Positions 37,604 through 46,093 of a stretch of 64,000 bases of DNA are shown one piece after another (the first letter of the stretch is position 1; each line of letters starts with the position of its first letter). The position numbers were made by a program, and so were the translations under genes. The stretch spans positions 530-64,529 of the IMG/VR virus record IMGVR_UViG_3300020147_000009. One strand, 5' to 3'. The DNA comes from a virus. The notes below the pieces were generated by a model, which saw only the letters and a list, made by a program, of their open reading frames with translations, did not search any database and was not told where the DNA came from.

Positions 37604-37903
37604 CTACTTTTCTTCTACTACATATTTTCCGGTTTCAATATCAAATCTTTCAACTTTTCCAGTTTCAATATTGAATCGGTCAAATCTTATCCCTAGCATA
37701 TAGGTAACTTTTGCTGGTATTGGACCAGCAAAGATACCGTTAAATTCAGGAATAAAATCCTTTTGACACTTATCACACCACAAGTGTCCTTTGAATTCAG
37801 ACCATTCACATTCATCGTTACCACAACTGCATGGACTGACTTCAAATTCTTTTGGTTTCTGTATATAGAACCAAGTTCTCTTTTCCAACTCAGGCATATT
37901 CAT
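37604..37903 (-). CDS. small zinc-binding protein with tandem 10-aa C-terminal repeat
   Basis: CSCGNDEC...CDKC; RFNIETGKVE / RFDIETGKYV encoded by ~30-bp tandem DNA repeat at 37620..37690. Confidence 0.5.
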   Translation of the reverse strand: MNMPELEKRTWFYIQKPKEFEVSPCSCGNDECEWSEFKGHLWCDKCQKDFIPEFNGIFAGPIPAKVTYMLGIRFDRFNIETGKVERFDIETGKYVVEEK

Positions 37904-39050
37904 CTGCTGCAGTTGTATGGTTGAATTCAGAGTAAACAGTTCTTAATGTATATTCACTCAAATAATTCTTTTCCCAGAAACCTTTATAATCTGGCTCCTT
38001 ACCATCGTAAAGTTTCATTGCAAGCCCAAAGAAAGAATAGCTTCTATATTTCTCAGCTGCATCCTTTCTTGTTGGTTCAGCTTTAATCAGTTCAAACATT
38101 TCTTCTGTTGCAGAAACTATTCCCTTCATTTCTTCAATGTATCGATTTTCAATAGCTTCAACTAAAGAAAGGTCATAATTTGATTCAACAATAGTTGACT
38201 TGATATCATCTAAGGTCTCATCAACGCACATGCGAGCTACGTCTCGTTCACGTAAGTCTGTATTGATATGGTGGCGAAGGTTGTACCAATTACACTTTGT
38301 CTTTACTCGAGTTCCATCCTCGAACGCGATGACGAAACCTTCCATACCACACATATTCTCAATTTGAGCTTCTATGTCTTCATAATTAGTCATTCCATCA
38401 AACTTCTTAACAACAGAAACGTTTGGGTTATCAATAGATAATAGAGAAGATGGCCATAGATTTTTATGTTCAACATATAAACCATTATACGAGTCTCTAA
38501 CGGCAATTAAAGTCCATGTTGGTTTTTGACCATAATCGACAACAATTTTCCAGTCAGGATGGGTGAATTCCCAAATTGGGGATAATCCAACATCAAGAGC
38601 AATTTTGGTAAGAGCTCTTACACATTCTGGAGCCATCTCATTTGCTAGCTTAGCTACATCAGAATAGAAAGATTTCTTAGTCTTGAAATATACTTCTCCA
38701 CCTATACAAACCGCAGTAATCATCGAGCCGTCTCGTTTTTCCAGAACTTCGAATGGTTGGTCCCAGTTCAAGTTGTGTACTTGAGTAGATTCTTTTTCAT
38801 TGATGTTGAAAAACTTAGGAAAAGCCATAGAGATTAGCTGACCAGTGTCCTTACGGAATACATGGCCGCGGCATTCCAAACCCATTGGTTTAGCCCAAAG
38901 TTCTGGAGATGCAATCATATAACATGGAATAACAACATCAATTCCACCAACAGTTTCTTCCTTGAATTGAACTGTCTTGTCGTCTCGTAAATGGTCAAAA
39001 TCACTTAGATGCATAATATTTTTCCTATTCCATCCTATATCAAGTGTCAT
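37890..39050 (-). CDS. RNA ligase-like nucleotidyltransferase (second KxDG ligase)
   Basis: Motif I LEKRDGSM, motif IV/V EGFVIAFEDGTRVKTK; 386 aa. Confidence 0.6.
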   Translation of the reverse strand: MTLDIGWNRKNIMHLSDFDHLRDDKTVQFKEETVGGIDVVIPCYMIASPELWAKPMGLECRGHVFRKDTGQLISMAFPKFFNINEKESTQVHNLNWDQPFEVLEKRDGSMITAVCIGGEVYFKTKKSFYSDVAKLANEMAPECVRALTKIALDVGLSPIWEFTHPDWKIVVDYGQKPTWTLIAVRDSYNGLYVEHKNLWPSSLLSIDNPNVSVVKKFDGMTNYEDIEAQIENMCGMEGFVIAFEDGTRVKTKCNWYNLRHHINTDLRERDVARMCVDETLDDIKSTIVESNYDLSLVEAIENRYIEEMKGIVSATEEMFELIKAEPTRKDAAEKYRSYSFFGLAMKLYDGKEPDYKGFWEKNYLSEYTLRTVYSEFNHTTAADEYA

Positions 39051-39107
39051 GATAATCCTTTGATAAGATTATCTCTAAAAGATTCTACTTCCATATAAAC
39101 CAAAATG

Positions 39108-39467
39108 TCATATTACCATTCTGCATATATCGTCATCTGAAAGAATTTCATATTTTACAGGAGTATTGATTTGAGCCTTATCTTTAGCAGAAGATGTCCA
39201 GCAATTTGGTCTATTATGTTCAGATATACCTTTCTCCTGAAAGAAAGTATGGTCTTTAATATCGCCATCAAATAAAATCTTGATGACAACTGATTTACCA
39301 TGGCGAACATGTCTTGCAGCACCTTTAGATTTCTTAGACATTATACGAGTTGCCCACATATAAGCCGTTTTAAAATCTACCGCAGTAGTACCAGGAATAT
39401 AACCTGGCTTGAGGTCTGAAGCTAAAACACCTTTGTATAAAGTAATCATAGAAGAATTATATAACAA
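39108..39467 (-). CDS. hypothetical protein (119 aa)
   Basis: ORF. Confidence 0.45.
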   Translation of the reverse strand: MLYNSSMITLYKGVLASDLKPGYIPGTTAVDFKTAYMWATRIMSKKSKGAARHVRHGKSVVIKILFDGDIKDHTFFQEKGISEHNRPNCWTSSAKDKAQINTPVKYEILSDDDICRMVI

Positions 39468-39573
39468 TTTCGATATTTTGTATAATTATTTTTGTCAAAA
39501 ATAATTTGTACTTTAATTCTAAAAACTGTTATAATAAAACTCTGTTGGTAGCACGGAGTAGATATAGAGACTT

Positions 39574-39741
39574 CTACTTTACCATGTTACTGAGTTCAAT
39601 TGACATTATTTCATCAAGTAATTCAGACTTAGATTTATTACTTGGCTTGATGTTGTAATCAAGTTTAGCAATACCAAGTAATTCAGTCTTATTCAAAGTT
39701 GACAAATAACAAGCTAATTCATTAAGATAAGTAACAATCAT
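39574..39741 (-). CDS. small HeH/Rho_N-like protein (55 aa), not in ORF track
   Basis: Hand translation MIVTYLNELACYLSTLNKTELLGIAKLDYNIKPSNKSKSELLDEIMSIELSNMVK; strong AGGGGTGGGA SD; LxxLxKxELxxIAK...SKxELLxEI resembles Rho-N/SAP-type HeH motif. Confidence 0.35.
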   Translation of the reverse strand: MIVTYLNELACYLSTLNKTELLGIAKLDYNIKPSNKSKSELLDEIMSIELSNMVK

Positions 39742-39763
39742 GATATCCCACCCCTATTTTAGA

Positions 39764-40429
39764 TTATATTTTTACTACATTTTTCCAGTGACAAACGATT
39801 TCAGATTCACCACGACCAGTTAGATAACCAATAACATTAGATTTCTTCACTTTACCGGTTGTAACTACAGCGTTTCCACTAAATCTGTTTGCAAACCATG
39901 CTGCTTTACTCTTATCTGTAGTCCAACTAAAACCTTGCCAGTTGTTGTCACGAGTTCCACGATAAATAATGATTTCTTCCGGTAATTTGTTGAATTCTTC
40001 CAGTTCATGGTCGTTCATAAAGTTTTCATTGTCTGGCCGACTACAAAACAAAAGCTTTTCCCAGATATCATAATTCTGATATAGGTTTTCTGTATCAATA
40101 TAAACTTGAGATAAAACTCTCCAGTATTCTTTATCGGTAGGGATTAGACCTTGAGCCACAACTTCATAGAATCCATTTACACGATAAGCTCGTTCATAGA
40201 TGAATGGTATCAATTCATAATTTTCGGTTTTATAAGCCTCTTCAAGACGTTTCTTGGCTTGTTCATACCGATAATTACACATAGCGTTCAGATATTCTGA
40301 ATGTGGGACGCTATAAACAAGAGGATGTTGAATGACTTTCCAGGTTCCCATTGGAAACAAATATTCTTGTAAGTCTGGATGTAAGTCTTCGACTTTATTA
40401 AAAATTTCATCAGGATTGAAATTCATCAT
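39764..40429 (-). CDS. hypothetical protein (221 aa)
   Basis: ORF. Confidence 0.5.
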   Translation of the reverse strand: MMNFNPDEIFNKVEDLHPDLQEYLFPMGTWKVIQHPLVYSVPHSEYLNAMCNYRYEQAKKRLEEAYKTENYELIPFIYERAYRVNGFYEVVAQGLIPTDKEYWRVLSQVYIDTENLYQNYDIWEKLLFCSRPDNENFMNDHELEEFNKLPEEIIIYRGTRDNNWQGFSWTTDKSKAAWFANRFSGNAVVTTGKVKKSNVIGYLTGRGESEIVCHWKNVVKI

Positions 40430-40776
40430 TGTTTTGTCCTATACTTTCCAAAGGTGTCCCAATAAGGAAGGTTTCGGTCTACATCTTCCCATTTATCATC
40501 CGGATGACGGAACCTGTTATAAACTTGGATGGTTGCATTACCAATTAGCCATTTCATAATGAGTATAGCATGCTTTTGTGGTAACTCAATAAGAACAACA
40601 TCTTTGCTCTCGATGCTATATTCCAACGGGTCAAGTTCGTCTAACATTCCAATGACGTCCTCAAAACCATTATCATCTACGTTCTTCACCTCAAGAAAAA
40701 AGTCCTGTAACTTAAATTCTAGCACCGAAGTGCGAGACTTTAAAAGCCACAGGACTTTATGGAGATTCTTACTCAT
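40426..40776 (-). CDS. hypothetical protein (116 aa)
   Basis: ORF. Confidence 0.5.
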   Translation of the reverse strand: MSKNLHKVLWLLKSRTSVLEFKLQDFFLEVKNVDDNGFEDVIGMLDELDPLEYSIESKDVVLIELPQKHAILIMKWLIGNATIQVYNRFRHPDDKWEDVDRNLPYWDTFGKYRTKQ

Positions 40777-40808
40777 TATATAAATACCTCATCAATTACG
40801 ATAAGGTC

Positions 40809-40838
40809 ATTATATCAAAGAATTGAATTTATGTAAAC
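40809..40838 (-). promoter_or_regulatory. early promoter with exact T4-type GTTTAC -35 and TATAAT -10 (18-nt spacer)
   Basis: Minus strand GTTTACataaattcaattctttgaTATAAT upstream of ATG 40776. Confidence 0.55.
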
Positions 40839-40885
40839 ATATGCTTACTACTCTTCCTCAACAATATAGATTTTTGATTTATCCA

Positions 40886-42082
40886 TTAATCTTCACCACC
40901 TTTCAACAGGAACTTGTTAGAGATTGCCTTGAATGTAAAGTTGCTGTCATGCGACTTAAACACTAGACCTTCTCTTACTTCGTTGTTGATACTTGCTCCA
41001 TCAGCGAAAGATAGCATTTCTTCAATGTTGTTGATACTAATGTCACTAAGATTAGTTTCAAAGTAAACAACAGGAACCCAATAGATATCAACACCAAAAT
41101 CCACTCTTAATCTATTAATGATGTTATGTCTCTCATCGGGAGTCATATATTTTTGTTTTTCGATATCCCAAATATCGAAGACATAGAACTTATGTTCACT
41201 GAAACCTTCACGGTTGCCTTGGATTCCAGGTCCCATGAGTTCTCCTTGGATAGCCATAGGGTACCCATAATCATATAGAGCTTGAATCAAACCAGAATTC
41301 TTGGCAACATCTACATAAGTATTGCCTTCCTGGTCTAACTTAAGGTTCATGTTTCTTGAGCATACACCTACCTCAGTCTTACAATCGCTGTGGTCAAAAC
41401 CAAATTCATGGTTGTAGTATACAGTCATAGAAGAACCATCAAGCTTAAGGGTTACTTCATACTTTTCATCCTTATGCTTTTCGAAGATGTCTCGTACCAA
41501 GTTTTGGCAACGTTCTTGGTCAGTTTTACGGATAAAACTAGGGAAAGAACCCCTAACCTGACCTGCTAATTGACCAGGAACAGGCTTCTCATATTTCTGG
41601 ATACCTAAAGCTTCAGTTACATCTTGTCCTTCAGAAACATTTTGAATATTTCCATCAATATGGTCAATATAATATCCACCATTTTCTGAATATTTAACTG
41701 GCATAATCAAACCTTGTGAAACTTGACCACGTAGCTTGATTGTTCTGAGTCTGGCACCAGGAACTCCATTGTATTCCTTTGGAATTCCACCCTTAGACAA
41801 AAACGGCGCAACTGAGTCAGGTACCCAAGAATCAATTTCAAAGTAGACTACAAGGTCTCCAACATTGAAACCGTTGTCGATTGCCGTTACAACCCACCAT
41901 CCACCAATTCGAGCCTTTACAATCTTGTCAGCTCCTTCAATTGGTTGGATTTCTTCAATTACACGAATTGTTGCAAGCTTACGAAACTTTGGCTCAGGAC
42001 TAGGCAATCCATCGTCATATGGAATACCAAAATATTCACCTTCTACCGTACCACGTTCTTCATCTACTTTAATTTCCATCAT
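40886..42082 (-). CDS. RNA ligase-like nucleotidyltransferase fused to N-terminal tRNA-binding OB-fold (Trbp111/EMAPII-like) domain
   Basis: N-term IEGADKIVKARIGGWWVVTAIDNGFNVGDLVVYFEIDS resembles the Trbp111/EMAPII tRNA-binding OB-fold; motif I VTLKLDGSS; motif IV EGLVFK. Confidence 0.55.
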   Translation of the reverse strand: MMEIKVDEERGTVEGEYFGIPYDDGLPSPEPKFRKLATIRVIEEIQPIEGADKIVKARIGGWWVVTAIDNGFNVGDLVVYFEIDSWVPDSVAPFLSKGGIPKEYNGVPGARLRTIKLRGQVSQGLIMPVKYSENGGYYIDHIDGNIQNVSEGQDVTEALGIQKYEKPVPGQLAGQVRGSFPSFIRKTDQERCQNLVRDIFEKHKDEKYEVTLKLDGSSMTVYYNHEFGFDHSDCKTEVGVCSRNMNLKLDQEGNTYVDVAKNSGLIQALYDYGYPMAIQGELMGPGIQGNREGFSEHKFYVFDIWDIEKQKYMTPDERHNIINRLRVDFGVDIYWVPVVYFETNLSDISINNIEEMLSFADGASINNEVREGLVFKSHDSNFTFKAISNKFLLKGGED

Positions 42083-42471
42083 TTTCCTCCATTATTTAAA
42101 TATAATTCACACTGTCTAATAATATCAACTTCAAACTTCTTGTCGTTCAATAATCTGTTTCTTGGGGAAGGATGTGGAAGTTTGAAATGGTCTATATTCA
42201 ACTTATTCAAAACTTCAGAAACAGTATTCCCAAGAGCTAAAACTTTATTATAATCCTTTATTGAATAAATTGATACAACATTTATATCATTTTTATTTGG
42301 GGTTTTTGAGACATATTCAATTATATTCATGAAAGAATAATACTGAATACCAAGTATATCCATCCACTTATTAAGTCTATCAAGTGTCGAATTCCGGGCA
42401 ACCCTAATCCTAGCGGATGGATTAAGACCTACCACTATGACTTTAGGATTGCTTGAAGGGGAATAATTCAA
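42079..42471 (-). CDS. uracil-DNA-glycosylase-superfamily-like small protein
   Basis: VIVVGLNPS near N-term and KLPHPSPRNR near C-term resemble UDG family 4/5 motifs; only 130 aa. Confidence 0.35.
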   Translation of the reverse strand: MNYSPSSNPKVIVVGLNPSARIRVARNSTLDRLNKWMDILGIQYYSFMNIIEYVSKTPNKNDINVVSIYSIKDYNKVLALGNTVSEVLNKLNIDHFKLPHPSPRNRLLNDKKFEVDIIRQCELYLNNGGK

Positions 42472-42724
42472 GGATTTTCTTACCGGATGGGAGCTTCAAT
42501 TCGTACTTCAATAGGTTTTCTCTAACCCATTCAATACCAATCAATTCTCCATCTGGATAGAACTTATCGAGGAAATTTGTTAATTCATCAAACTGTTCAT
42601 CTGATAGGACATCAAACAAAAAGTCTTCAACATCATCGTAGAACGGTGAATATTGAGAATTAATTATTAGACCAATTGTTATGCCAGTAATTAGGGATAT
42701 TACTGATGAGATGATAGTAAACAT
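42443..42724 (-). CDS. small membrane protein (N-terminal TM)
   Basis: MFTIISSVISLITGITIGLII hydrophobic segment. Confidence 0.45.
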   Translation of the reverse strand: MFTIISSVISLITGITIGLIINSQYSPFYDDVEDFLFDVLSDEQFDELTNFLDKFYPDGELIGIEWVRENLLKYELKLPSGKKILELFPFKQS

Positions 42725-43027
42725 TTATTTCTTAAAAATGTGTCTAATTGCTTGTAGAATTATTTCATCTGCTTTAACTATATCTATTACTTCAACATAA
42801 CCGTCTTCATCAAGTTTACCAGAAACGAATTTTCCATCAATCAAGGCTTTGTATACGTCAAACTCCCAGCAAGAATTACCAAATGGCCTCTTACCGGAAA
42901 ACATATCCTTCTCATCCCAGAGAGTTTCCAATAGTAATAGCAGATAATTCCTAATTGTATCAAATCCGTTATCAGAATTGAACTTGAACTCAAGAATTTC
43001 TTCGATTTTTTCCGGTGTTAAATTCAT
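42725..43027 (-). CDS. hypothetical protein (100 aa)
   Basis: ORF. Confidence 0.5.
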   Translation of the reverse strand: MNLTPEKIEEILEFKFNSDNGFDTIRNYLLLLLETLWDEKDMFSGKRPFGNSCWEFDVYKALIDGKFVSGKLDEDGYVEVIDIVKADEIILQAIRHIFKK

Positions 43028-43039
43028 AATATTACCTTT

Positions 43040-43357
43040 TTAATCCATCCTAGCATTTGCTGAACATGCAATTCCATGTTTTTGGAGAACTAATGCATAC
43101 TCTAATGCACCAGAATATTTGACGTCCATGTTCTGAGTAGAATGGTTAGAAGGATTCCAAACCATATAACCCTTACCCATAATATTCTTTTCACAAACTT
43201 TCCTGACTTCCTTACCAAGAGGACTGCGACCATCTACATGGATAATAACCCAAGCGAAACCGCATGGATAAAATTGTTCACCATACTTTTCGATGTATTG
43301 TTCAGAACCCTTCTTAGCTGCTTCTTTTGCTTCGTTGTGGATTTCAAGAAAATTCAT
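43040..43357 (-). CDS. hypothetical protein (105 aa)
   Basis: ORF. Confidence 0.5.
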   Translation of the reverse strand: MNFLEIHNEAKEAAKKGSEQYIEKYGEQFYPCGFAWVIIHVDGRSPLGKEVRKVCEKNIMGKGYMVWNPSNHSTQNMDVKYSGALEYALVLQKHGIACSANARMD

Positions 43358-43423
43358 GATTTAATATTCCTCAATAAATTATAACGTAGGATAATTATAA
43401 TTTATCTCAGAATTTTTGTATAC

Positions 43424-43894
43424 TTATTTTTGATATTTTTCTTCTGTAATTATAATTAATTCTTCAATATTACAAACCAATTCGCCACTAAAAGTCATAT
43501 CATCTTCTACTTCTTTTCCATCTTGGTCCATATGTGACAGAGTACTTGGCTTCCCACCACCTACTCCATACAAAGCAAAAATCTTACTCATTTCAGCATG
43601 TGGTTCTATGTCATGGTCAAGTGACGCAACCATAGCCATATCATAAATCTTATTGAAGAATTCTCTACCAGACTCTCGGTGATAATGAAATTTCATTCTG
43701 TTAGAATCATCATCCCACCATTTGGAGAACATCTCGTCTCTAGACTTCTTACGATTCTTAAGATGTTTTGTTAGTTGAGTAACTTCAGGCCATTTAGATA
43801 TCTTACCAAATTCTCCATTAGTAAGAATTTGATATTCTTCATCAAATTTGGCAATCATTTCTTCGATAGATTCAATAAAGGTAGTTTTTGGCAT
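43424..43894 (-). CDS. hypothetical protein (156 aa)
   Basis: ORF. Confidence 0.5.
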   Translation of the reverse strand: MPKTTFIESIEEMIAKFDEEYQILTNGEFGKISKWPEVTQLTKHLKNRKKSRDEMFSKWWDDDSNRMKFHYHRESGREFFNKIYDMAMVASLDHDIEPHAEMSKIFALYGVGGGKPSTLSHMDQDGKEVEDDMTFSGELVCNIEELIIITEEKYQK

Positions 43895-43895
43895 A

Positions 43896-44948
43896 TTAGA
43901 AATACTTACTTAAGTTGGAAACAGTATCACATGAAGTGTCATCTACTTGTCTAGCAATCTTGCGTTTTGATATTAAATGTGGGTTTTCTTTCAACCAACA
44001 GTAAACACCGAATTGACACAAACCGACTTCTAAACCATACACTTTTAAGTTGTTTTGCTCATCTTTGAACACTTTTTTGTTGTTTATTTCATAGTTATGG
44101 AAGAACTGGTGGATAGTGATATGATTCAACAACGTGGACTGGTTATCTCTCAACCAGACTACCATTTCTCCATACTTTCTTTTACCGGTATAACTGTCAA
44201 AGATGTAGTCAAGAGATGATCTTGCTCCAGGACCAGGTGCACAGAATTCCTCATCATGTTGGAACGGAAGATACGGATTGACTGAATTAGACGTGGCGCA
44301 GTGATAACCATAATATTCACCAATGCCTGGTTTTGAAGTCAAAATACCATACATATCCTTTAGAGTAATAGCGTCGTTTTTTATCCTTTCGAACGTTCCA
44401 TCTGATTTCCAAGATGCAATCCATTCGATGATATCCGATAAGGAAGCTTCTCTATCTGGTTCTCCATACTTATTTCTACAGAAATTTCTTGCAGCTGTTT
44501 GCAAAGATGTATGGAGCTCGGTAGTACCATAAAATTTCTTCTTTGCTTTCTTTGAGATATCAATCTGAGTCTTGATGTTATTCAAATACTCAATATCACC
44601 AGCATCTATTCGTTCAAAATCGACATGAGCCTTCTTGTAGTCCTTAATGCCAGTGACAATTTCATGAATACCTCTAGCGCCATAGAAGTGGGATATAATT
44701 GTGTTACCAATCTTATTATCCATAGATAGAGAATCAACTGTTACGATGTTCTCAATGATGTATCTCATACGGTCATCTTGGAGAATATTGAAACCAAAGT
44801 ATTCAACATCTTCATCAAGAGCTGGGTCATCTACAGGAGGGTCGTATCTGTCACGTAGATTGAATTGATATTCAGTTCGTTCATTAACTTTTATTAGGAA
44901 TTGTTCAAACTCTTCAAGTCTTTTCTTATTCAAATTGTTCGATAGCAT
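43896..44948 (-). CDS. hypothetical protein (350 aa), first gene of the putative sugar/cyclitol cluster
   Basis: Long ORF; no motif recognised; HCATSNSVNPYLPFQHDEEFCAPGPGARS conserved-looking core. Confidence 0.55.
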   Translation of the reverse strand: MLSNNLNKKRLEEFEQFLIKVNERTEYQFNLRDRYDPPVDDPALDEDVEYFGFNILQDDRMRYIIENIVTVDSLSMDNKIGNTIISHFYGARGIHEIVTGIKDYKKAHVDFERIDAGDIEYLNNIKTQIDISKKAKKKFYGTTELHTSLQTAARNFCRNKYGEPDREASLSDIIEWIASWKSDGTFERIKNDAITLKDMYGILTSKPGIGEYYGYHCATSNSVNPYLPFQHDEEFCAPGPGARSSLDYIFDSYTGKRKYGEMVVWLRDNQSTLLNHITIHQFFHNYEINNKKVFKDEQNNLKVYGLEVGLCQFGVYCWLKENPHLISKRKIARQVDDTSCDTVSNLSKYF

Positions 44949-45318
44949 GCCTTACGTTTTCTTTTTCAATAAACGGTGTGTGAATTCTAACTACTTTTAG
45001 CCAAGGACATAGGTTCTCGATGATACTAGCTTGTACGTCGTCATCCTCAAAGTGGATTCCAATTTCCATGCCATGTCTTTTGAGGTAATTAAGAGTATTG
45101 GCCTTATGTTCACCAGAAGATTCTCGAGTTTTATTCTCCCATTCAAGAGGATTGTAAAACACAAGATTATCAATATCTTTACTATGAAGCATAGCTTCAG
45201 TTTCTGGTTTCTCCTCATAGGACCTACCAGTTACAATGATGTCGTTCTTATCTGGTTTAAGGCCGTTTAGATATTTTCCCAGATAGATTACACCATCAAT
45301 GTCATATGAATTAATCAT
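44926..45318 (-). CDS. small HAD-superfamily phosphatase-like protein
   Basis: YDIDGVIY = HAD motif I (DxDGV). Confidence 0.5.
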   Translation of the reverse strand: MINSYDIDGVIYLGKYLNGLKPDKNDIIVTGRSYEEKPETEAMLHSKDIDNLVFYNPLEWENKTRESSGEHKANTLNYLKRHGMEIGIHFEDDDVQASIIENLCPWLKVVRIHTPFIEKENVRHAIEQFE

Positions 45319-46026
45319 TTAATTCCTTGAGAAATGTCCTAGAATTAGGCATGGTTTTTGAAAAACTTCACATACTTTTTCGAAGTGGATAACTGGAAAT
45401 TGTTTCTTAAGTTGTTCGGCAAGAACCCACATCATTTCATTCTGTTCCTTACGGAAACCGTGAAGTTCTACAGCAATTTCCTTAACATAGTCGGGAAATG
45501 TGTAGTCCATCAAGATACCATATTCTCCACCTTCAATATCCATTTTAACTAAATTTGGTTTAATCTTATCAAGTTCAGTATAGAAATTAAAAGCAACAAC
45601 ATCAATTTTTAATTTTCTAGTGGATGGATTAGTTGAACCAGAACAAGCAGATTTCTTACTCTTACCCATATAAAAAGAAATTCCAGGTTCATTTGTTGCA
45701 ATAAGAGCAACTTGATGAGCTAAAACTATTTTATTACTATCGACTTGATCGAGATTTTTCAATAAAACTGAAAAATTGAATTCTTCAGGTTCGTATGCAA
45801 TAACTTCCCTTGCACCACCTTGAACTGCTCGTGCTGTGAATGAACCAATATTCGCTCCACAATCCATAACGACTTTGTTTTCAAACGTCAGAGTTGGATA
45901 ATCACCAGTACCTTCCTTAATCATATCGAAGTCGGAAGTATTTGGTCGATAGAAAAGGTTGAACTTCTTACTAAATTGAAGTTCAACCTCTTGAACGTTT
46001 AAATCCTTATCATAATATTTGTACAT
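45319..46026 (-). CDS. FkbM-family SAM-dependent methyltransferase
   Basis: VMDCGANIGSFT (motif I) and VKMDIEGGEYGIL (FkbM signature). Confidence 0.7.
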   Translation of the reverse strand: MYKYYDKDLNVQEVELQFSKKFNLFYRPNTSDFDMIKEGTGDYPTLTFENKVVMDCGANIGSFTARAVQGGAREVIAYEPEEFNFSVLLKNLDQVDSNKIVLAHQVALIATNEPGISFYMGKSKKSACSGSTNPSTRKLKIDVVAFNFYTELDKIKPNLVKMDIEGGEYGILMDYTFPDYVKEIAVELHGFRKEQNEMMWVLAEQLKKQFPVIHFEKVCEVFQKPCLILGHFSRN

Positions 46027-46093
46027 TTCACTTTATCCATAATTAAAAAGACAATTCTATTATAATGCAAATTAGATTTAAAGTACATATTTC

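Noticed and set aside
39541-39620. tRNA-like string ctgttggtagcacgg suggesting a tRNA gene in the intergenic gap
   Set aside because: No acceptor stem/T-arm could be folded on either strand. The region is better explained by the 3' end of a small coupled ORF.
40777-40784. TATAAATA late-promoter box on the plus strand
   Set aside because: Orientation would drive rightward transcription where no plus-strand genes exist. It overlaps the TAA stop/5' UTR of minus-strand genes, so likely fortuitous in AT-rich DNA.
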